Shown here: positions 58,195 through 64,000 of the stretch, in pieces | Layout: the number at the start of each line of letters is the position of its first letter | How positions within the stretch are numbered: the stretch's first letter is position 1 | Source of the DNA: Armatimonadota bacterium | GTDB lineage: Bacteria; Armatimonadota; SYMT01 | Reading direction: 5' to 3' | DNA length: 64,000 nt | Assembly (NCBI GenBank): GCA_041690135.1 | Contig: JAWLHY010000003.1 | Span: 864,001 to 928,000 of the forward strand | Notes under the pieces: generated by a model | The model's database searches: none | What the model was told of the DNA's origin: nothing | The model's input: the letters and a program-made list of their open reading frames with translations, nothing else | Position numbers and translations under genes: made by a program

Positions 58195-59427
58195 TTGTCC
58201 CCCTGCCTCCATCACCCCGAAGCCGTCGCCGCCGGAGACTGCGAGCTCTGCGCGCAGCCCCACTGCGCTGCCTGCCTGCAGCAGTTTCTGGGTCGCCGGT
58301 ACTGTCCCGCCTGCCTCGCTCGCGTCCAGGCAATCGCTAATCCCGGCCGGCCTTCGAACACTCCCGGGCCGCCGGCGTCCGTCGGATCGGCAACTTCCAT
58401 CGCCGGTCCTACCGGTCCTATCGGTCCTTCGGGCCAGGCTCCGCGGCTGCGGGGTTGGGCGAGTGCCCTCCTCTACCTGGTGGGCTTCCTGGTCTTTATC
58501 CAGATCCTCGCCGCCCCCGCCGCTTTGACGCCCTTGCTGCTGGCCAAGGCCTTCACCGGCCGCGCGAGTATGGCCGAACCGGACCTGCGGGAGTTGATCG
58601 ACCCCGGCGGGTTGGGTTACCCCCTGTGGACCGTCCTCTTCGGCCTCTTTACCTGGGGGACGTTCCTGGCCACCCTCCTCTACACCTTTGGGATGGGTCG
58701 CAGCATCGAACGCAAGACGCTGCCGGAACTGGGTCTCACCTGGCCACCGCGCTTCCGGCGCGACCTGCTGCTCGGGTTGGCACTGGCGGGTATCCTGTTC
58801 GTCTCGATCCTGGGGATCGGGGTCGCGCGCGAATGGTATATCGTCCGCAGCATCGCGCCCTTCGGTCAGTCCGTTGCCATCTTCGTCGTCGGGTTCGTGC
58901 TGCTGCTGCCGTATGCGGCCGTGGAGGAGTTGGCCATCCGCGGTTATCTGTTCCAGGCGGCTCGTCGTTCCTGGGGCACAGTCGGGGCAGTGGTCTTCAG
59001 CACCCTGGTCTTTGCTTTCCTGCACGGCGCCAATCCCAACTTCGCCGAGCACCCCCTCGCCCTGCTCGGCTTGATACTCGCCGGCCTCTATCTGGCCTCG
59101 GCGTACCTGGCCACCGGTAACCTCTGGTTGGCCATCTTCCTCCACACGGGCTGGAACCTGATGGAAGGACCCGTATTTGGCCTCCCGGTAAGCGGTATTA
59201 CCATGCCGACCAGCATCTTCCGCACCAGCGTCACCGGTCCGGATCTGTGGACGGGAGGGGCTTTCGGTCCGGAAGCCAGTCTCTTCCTCTGCATCCTGCT
59301 GGTCGTTCACACCGCGGCGCTCTGGGCCGTCCTCTCTCTGGTTCGCTCCCGCCGCCCGGAAGCTGCGCCACCTTCGAGCGATTCCGCCAACACCCTGTAT
59401 CGGGCCGCTCCACTTCCCGAGAATTAG
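58195..59427 (+). CDS. CPBP (Abi/CAAX) intramembrane protease with N-terminal B-box-like zinc finger
   Basis: CLHHPE...CELC..PHCAAC...CPAC; EELAIRGY, FAFLH, LHTGWN. Confidence 0.9.
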   Translation: MSPCLHHPEAVAAGDCELCAQPHCAACLQQFLGRRYCPACLARVQAIANPGRPSNTPGPPASVGSATSIAGPTGPIGPSGQAPRLRGWASALLYLVGFLVFIQILAAPAALTPLLLAKAFTGRASMAEPDLRELIDPGGLGYPLWTVLFGLFTWGTFLATLLYTFGMGRSIERKTLPELGLTWPPRFRRDLLLGLALAGILFVSILGIGVAREWYIVRSIAPFGQSVAIFVVGFVLLLPYAAVEELAIRGYLFQAARRSWGTVGAVVFSTLVFAFLHGANPNFAEHPLALLGLILAGLYLASAYLATGNLWLAIFLHTGWNLMEGPVFGLPVSGITMPTSIFRTSVTGPDLWTGGAFGPEASLFLCILLVVHTAALWAVLSLVRSRRPEAAPPSSDSANTLYRAAPLPEN

Positions 59428-59828
59428 AAGGGAAGGGCTCGCTGCGGCGGCAAACGGGCATCCGAAGGTCCGAAAGCGGCTTCGGGTTGCACAACAACCG
59501 ATCCAGCCTCACTTCTGTTAGGAGAGCTTTCGCGGACCTATGCGTCCGCCGCGAGCCGGCAGAGTACGAGAGCCTTCCTTCGCATCCCACGAGCGCCTTC
59601 CACGAACGCATTTCACGAGCCCACGCCGGCATGGCCGGATGGGGCGAAGTAAACGCATTTTTGTGGAGTTCGCTGCGGGTGGAGGGATGCGCGCGCCCGA
59701 TTTCTAACAGAGTAGCTGGTTGTATGGCCGCAGTGTCACGGCTCGGTAGGTTGGCTGTGGCGCCGCGTTCGTTCCGTCTGCGGCGCGGGTAGTCCGCGAC
59801 GGGATCGGAAGTAGGGAGCAAAGTCCGC

Positions 59829-62441
59829 ATGAGTCTGCAGAACCCTGGAGTTTTTTCATCACGCCGGGCCGGAGCCCTGCTGCTGGGTGTGCTGGGCACC
59901 GCCGGTGCTTGCGGAGCGACCCAGTCCGGCATTGCCCCTTCGGGCATCCCTTCCGGTCCCGCGTCCGCGCAACCCGGCATCGAAAGCCGGGAACGCGAGT
60001 ACAAAGCGACCTACGCGCAACTGCCCATGCGGTTCGAGCAGAACGCGGGGCAGACGGATGCGCGGGTCCGCTACATGGCTCGGGGCGCGGGCTATAGCCT
60101 CTATCTCACCGGGAACGAGGCCGTGCTCTCCCTGAAGAAGACCGGAGACGAGAACGGTAAGACGGCCGCGGAGGCGATCGTCCGCATGGGACTGGTCGGG
60201 TCGAATCCGGCGCCCAGGGTTACGGCGCTGGAGCGCCAGGCCGGCCGGAGCAACTACTTCCGGGGCAACGACCGCAGCCGGTGGCGCCGGGATGTGCCGA
60301 ACTACGGGAAGGTGCAGTACGAGGAAGTCTACCCCGGCGTTGACCTCGTCTTCTACGGCAGGCAGCGGGAGTTGGAGTACGACTTCGTGGTCGCGCCCGG
60401 GGCCGACCCGGACCGTATCCGGATGGAGTTCCGGGACCACCTCGCCCGCCATCGCCGTCCTTCCATCAATGACCGCGGGGAACTGATCCTTTCCACCAGC
60501 GGGGGCGAGGTCGTTCAGAAGAAGCCGTTCGCCTATCAGGTGGTGCAAGGGAAGCAGCGGCAGGTCGCGTGCGACTACACCCTGGCGGAGAACGGGCAGG
60601 TCGGCTTCCGGCTGGCGGCTCACGATCCGAAGTTGCCGGTGGTGATCGACCCGATCCTGACGTACGCCAGCTACCTCGGCGGTGTGGATGAGGACGAAGG
60701 CCTCGCCGTGTGCGCCGATGCGTTCGGCAACCTCTACGTAACCGGCCGCACCGACTCTCCGAACTTCCCCCTCGCCACCGCCTATCAGGACACGCGGTCC
60801 GGCGTGGATGACGACCTGTTCATCACCAAGTTCAACGCCGCCGGCTGCAGCCACATCTATTCCACCTACCTGGGTGGAGCCACCGCCCAGGGCGGTCTGA
60901 CCCGGGCGGACGACCGGGGCGCCGGGATCGCGGTCGACGCCAGCGGCAACGCGCACGTGGTGGGCGCCACCTCCTGCTCCGACTTCCCGACCACGGTGGG
61001 CGCGCTCCAGCCGGCGGTTACGGGCGGGGGTGGGGACGGCTTCGTCGCCAAGTTCAACGCTGCCGGCAACGACTTCATCTACTGCACCTACCTCGGCGGT
61101 GCGGCAGCGGGCCTGGATGAGGCCAACGGGGTCGCCATCGACTTCAAGGGCCGTGCCTACGTGGTCGGTACCACCAGCTCGCCGAGCTTCCCTACCACGC
61201 CGGGCGCCCTCCAGGAGACCTACGGCGGCGGTACCTCCGACGGGTTCATCACCAAGCTCGACCGGGACGGCGCCTCGGTCGTGTGGTCCACCTTCCTGGG
61301 CGGCGGCGAGACGATCAAAAGCGACGGCGCGGATTATATCAACGACATCGCCCTCGACCCTAACAACGTCCACGACAGCATCGTGTACGTGACGGGCAGC
61401 ACCGAGTCGTATGACTTCCCGTTGGTCCGGCCGTTCCAGATCGAAGTCCGCAAGTTTGAGGCCTTCGTCGCCAAGATCGATGAGGGCGGCGACCGTATCC
61501 TTTACTCCACCGTCCTCGGAGGTCTCCAGAACGACTCCGGAAACGGCATCGCAGTGGATGGCAATGGGAGCGTCTACGTAGCGGGTGCCACCGGTTCGAC
61601 GCAGTTCTCGAACATGCCGGACCCGGTATTCCCCTACGGCGGCGGGGATTCGGATGCCTGGTTCGCCAAGCTCCACCCCAAGGCCACCCATGCTCTCTAC
61701 TTCACCTACTTCGGTGGGAAGGGGACCGACTTCGCCAACGACATCGTGGTGGATGCCAGCGGCAGCGCGCACGTCGTCGGCGGCATGAACTTCCCGAACG
61801 CCGCCACGGTGGTGAACTCCGCCGGGCGCCCCCGAACTCGTGCCGGCGAAGGCGACGGCTTCAACGCGCCCCGTAAGGGAGATTGCTTCGTGCTCCACGT
61901 GGTGCCCACCGTCCCCCGGGTCGCCTCCCGCTTCTTCACCGTCACCACGCTCGGCGGTACCAAAGATGACCAGGGCAACGACATCTGCCTCGATCCGCAT
62001 GGCGACCTCTACCTGGTGGGAACGACCAACTCCATCAACTTCAGCCGCGGCCAGGTGAAGGGCATTGTCCAGGGCGATCTGGCGGGCGAGGAGATCGACG
62101 CCTTCGCCGCCAAGCTGTCCCTCACCCCCTACAGCCGGCTGGGAGTCACCCCCGGTGGCCTCAGCTTCCTCAGCCGGGCGGGGAGTTCGGTCGAGCGGAG
62201 CATCACCATCCGGAACTCCGGAAAGAAGTCGGTCGGTGTGACCATAGAGCCGCCCACCGGGCCGTTCGAAGTGACCTCCGGCGGCGGCCAGTTCGTCCTG
62301 CCCAAGGGTGCGCGTCGCACCGTGAAAGTCCGCTTCGATCCGGCCTCCGTGGGGCTGTTCAACGGGGAGTTGCGGGTGATCAGCACCGCCTCCGGCAAGA
62401 ACGCCTGCCGGACCCTGAAGCTCCGCGGCCGCGCCCGGTAA
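59829..62441 (+). CDS. SBBP-repeat (beta-propeller) secreted protein with C-terminal ASH/Ig-like domain
   Basis: LPMRFEQNAGQ, LEYDFVVAPGADP, VIDPILTYASYLGG, repeated IAVDASGN.YVxG.T.S..FP. Confidence 0.92.
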   Translation: MSLQNPGVFSSRRAGALLLGVLGTAGACGATQSGIAPSGIPSGPASAQPGIESREREYKATYAQLPMRFEQNAGQTDARVRYMARGAGYSLYLTGNEAVLSLKKTGDENGKTAAEAIVRMGLVGSNPAPRVTALERQAGRSNYFRGNDRSRWRRDVPNYGKVQYEEVYPGVDLVFYGRQRELEYDFVVAPGADPDRIRMEFRDHLARHRRPSINDRGELILSTSGGEVVQKKPFAYQVVQGKQRQVACDYTLAENGQVGFRLAAHDPKLPVVIDPILTYASYLGGVDEDEGLAVCADAFGNLYVTGRTDSPNFPLATAYQDTRSGVDDDLFITKFNAAGCSHIYSTYLGGATAQGGLTRADDRGAGIAVDASGNAHVVGATSCSDFPTTVGALQPAVTGGGGDGFVAKFNAAGNDFIYCTYLGGAAAGLDEANGVAIDFKGRAYVVGTTSSPSFPTTPGALQETYGGGTSDGFITKLDRDGASVVWSTFLGGGETIKSDGADYINDIALDPNNVHDSIVYVTGSTESYDFPLVRPFQIEVRKFEAFVAKIDEGGDRILYSTVLGGLQNDSGNGIAVDGNGSVYVAGATGSTQFSNMPDPVFPYGGGDSDAWFAKLHPKATHALYFTYFGGKGTDFANDIVVDASGSAHVVGGMNFPNAATVVNSAGRPRTRAGEGDGFNAPRKGDCFVLHVVPTVPRVASRFFTVTTLGGTKDDQGNDICLDPHGDLYLVGTTNSINFSRGQVKGIVQGDLAGEEIDAFAAKLSLTPYSRLGVTPGGLSFLSRAGSSVERSITIRNSGKKSVGVTIEPPTGPFEVTSGGGQFVLPKGARRTVKVRFDPASVGLFNGELRVISTASGKNACRTLKLRGRAR

Positions 62442-62468
62442 GCTCCACGTCCCGAGCCCAAACACACA

Positions 62469-62499
62469 ACGGCCCCGGTGGAGCACTCCACCGGGGCCG
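62469..62499. terminator. Hairpin between convergent genes (probable terminator)
   Basis: CGGCCCCGGTGGAG-CA-CTCCACCGGGGCCG perfect 14-bp inverted repeat. Confidence 0.65.
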
Positions 62500-62644
62500 C
62501 CTTCATCTGGGGGCGGAAACTCCAGCAATTTAGCAGGCCAAACGATCGTCGCTGCGAGGAGGGGTAAAACCCAGCCGACTTCACAGACCCACACCGCCGC
62601 AGTGCCGAAGTACAGGCGCTTTGCCAACGCACCCCGTGACCCGA

Positions 62645-63012
62645 CGTGGCAGGCCCCCTGGTCAGGGATCCTGTCTCGTACCCCACGGCGGTTCGGTTTT
62701 CCCACAGCGCACAGTTCTGCCGCCCCTCCGGGGCTCTCGTATGCCCTCTCCAGGTCCGGGGGTTCACACCCCCGGCTATTTCCTCTTCGCCCCTCCGGGG
62801 CTACGAACCGACTCTCATCGACAACTGAGCCGCCCTATCGCGTTCCCGAACTCCTTATCCTTGTCGTAATCGTAATCCTAATCCAACCCGGCCCCCTGGT
62901 CCGGTCACCTGCTCATACCCGGCTCCTGTTGTCGATATCGCAAAGGCAATTCTTGCCAAGCTCTCTTACCCTCTCCGTGGCCTACTCCGTGTCTCCGTGA
63001 CTCCGTGGTGAG
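62645..63012. repeat. Cluster of REP-like repeats, including inverted relatives of the 12.4-12.7 kb family
   Basis: GCCCCCTGGTC at 62653 and 62891; CGCCCCTCCGGGGCT at 62721 and 62788 flanking the hairpin CCGGGGGT-TCAC-ACCCCCGG; CTAATC/GTAATC hexamers; CTCCGTG repeats. Confidence 0.75.
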
Positions 63013-64000
63013 ATCGGGTCGACTCCGGCTGGAGGCTCGGCGTGCAGCACCACATTGAGGATGTCATCCCCATAGTTCTGGAGGCGGGCGGTGCCCATCC
63101 CGTGCACCTGGGATAGGTCCCGCAGGGTTACGGGGCGCGCGCGGGCGATGGCGTAGAGCGTGCGGTCGTGGAGCACGCAGTAGGCCGGCAAGCCGTCCTC
63201 TCGCGCCTTCTCCCGGCGCCACGCCCGGAGGCGCTCGAACAGCGCGCTTTCCTCATCAGAGATCGGCTCGGGGTCCGGGGCGGCAGGGTTCGCCTGGAGG
63301 GCGGGCGCCCGGGGGGAGCGGACCCGCAGCGAGCTACCCCGGCGGCAGTTGTCGCACACGCCGCACTCCTGGAGCGTCTCCGCGCCGAAGTAAGCGCCGA
63401 TCGCCGCCTGGCGACAGCGGGGGGTGTCCAGGTAGCGCGCCAGCTCCGCGAGACGTCGCTCATCCAGGCGCAGCATCTGCTGGACCGCCTCATTCACGGC
63501 CTGCGTCAGGTCCCGGCGGCCCGGCGGTACGGTCAGCCCCATTCCGCGCCCCCCCGTCCGGAAGCGCAGCCAGTTCGCCTCCTGCCATTCCGAAAGCAGC
63601 AGTTCCAGATGTTCCACGGGTACGCCGGCCGCGGCGGCGACCCGCGTGGCCGGAAGCGACACCGGGGTCCGCGAAGTTGCCCAGATGGCGGCAGCGAACT
63701 TCAGAAAGCGGGCCTCTTCGCCTCCCGCTGCGAATGCTTCGTCCCCACGCTCCTGGGGGCCGGATGGCAGACGGGCCAGCCACACGTTTCCCGGCAGGTC
63801 GTAGCCGCGCTCCAGTACCCCCACGCCTTCCAGGAGGCTGATGGCGACCCGCACCCGGAGCTCTTCCAGCGCCTGCTCCCGGCCGCGCCCGACCAGTTCT
63901 TCCATGGGCACGGCCCCGCCCTCGTGGCGAAGGCGGCGAGAGAGCGTCTGGTGGAGGCGCAAGATCTCGGCCGCGTCCAGGCGGTCCTGGTTCGTCAACC
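62982..64000 (-). CDS. RecQ-family helicase C-terminal part (zinc-binding and HRDC), 5' end outside window
   Basis: CRQAAIGAYFG...CGVCDNC zinc domain; LFERLRAWRREKAREDGLPAYCVLHDRTL HRDC domain. Confidence 0.88.
   Translation of the reverse strand, partial: LTNQDRLDAAEILRLHQTLSRRLRHEGGAVPMEELVGRGREQALEELRVRVAISLLEGVGVLERGYDLPGNVWLARLPSGPQERGDEAFAAGGEEARFLKFAAAIWATSRTPVSLPATRVAAAAGVPVEHLELLLSEWQEANWLRFRTGGRGMGLTVPPGRRDLTQAVNEAVQQMLRLDERRLAELARYLDTPRCRQAAIGAYFGAETLQECGVCDNCRRGSSLRVRSPRAPALQANPAAPDPEPISDEESALFERLRAWRREKAREDGLPAYCVLHDRTLYAIARARPVTLRDLSQVHGMGTARLQNYGDDILNVVLHAEPPAGVDPISPRSHGDTE

Overview
A 64-kb stretch of high-GC bacterial chromosome. The gene mix (Uma2 nucleases, Rpn, DUF1549/DUF1553 plus DUF1501, SBBP-repeat protein, zinc-ribbon proteins, many short intergenic palindromes) suggests Armatimonadota or a PVC-like lineage; this is inference. 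About 60 CDS are supported, plus a c-di-AMP (ydaO-type) riboswitch, one intact tRNA-Leu(GAG) and an accessory island (about 16-29 kb) of immunity-like, ankyrin/HEAT and toxin-antitoxin genes with several pseudogenes. The standout is at 24.5-25.5 kb. The intact tRNA-Leu(GAG) is followed by two identical 454-bp units, each holding a 96-aa stand-alone GIY-YIG nuclease, a full-length tRNA-Leu copy disrupted by a palindrome (net +19 nt) and a terminator. A near-identical 19-nt palindrome is inserted into unrelated hairpins at 8.9 and 17.2 kb. This suggests an integrase-free, tRNA-targeting mini-element linked to a mobile micro-palindrome. All product calls come from motif recognition by eye; no searches were run.
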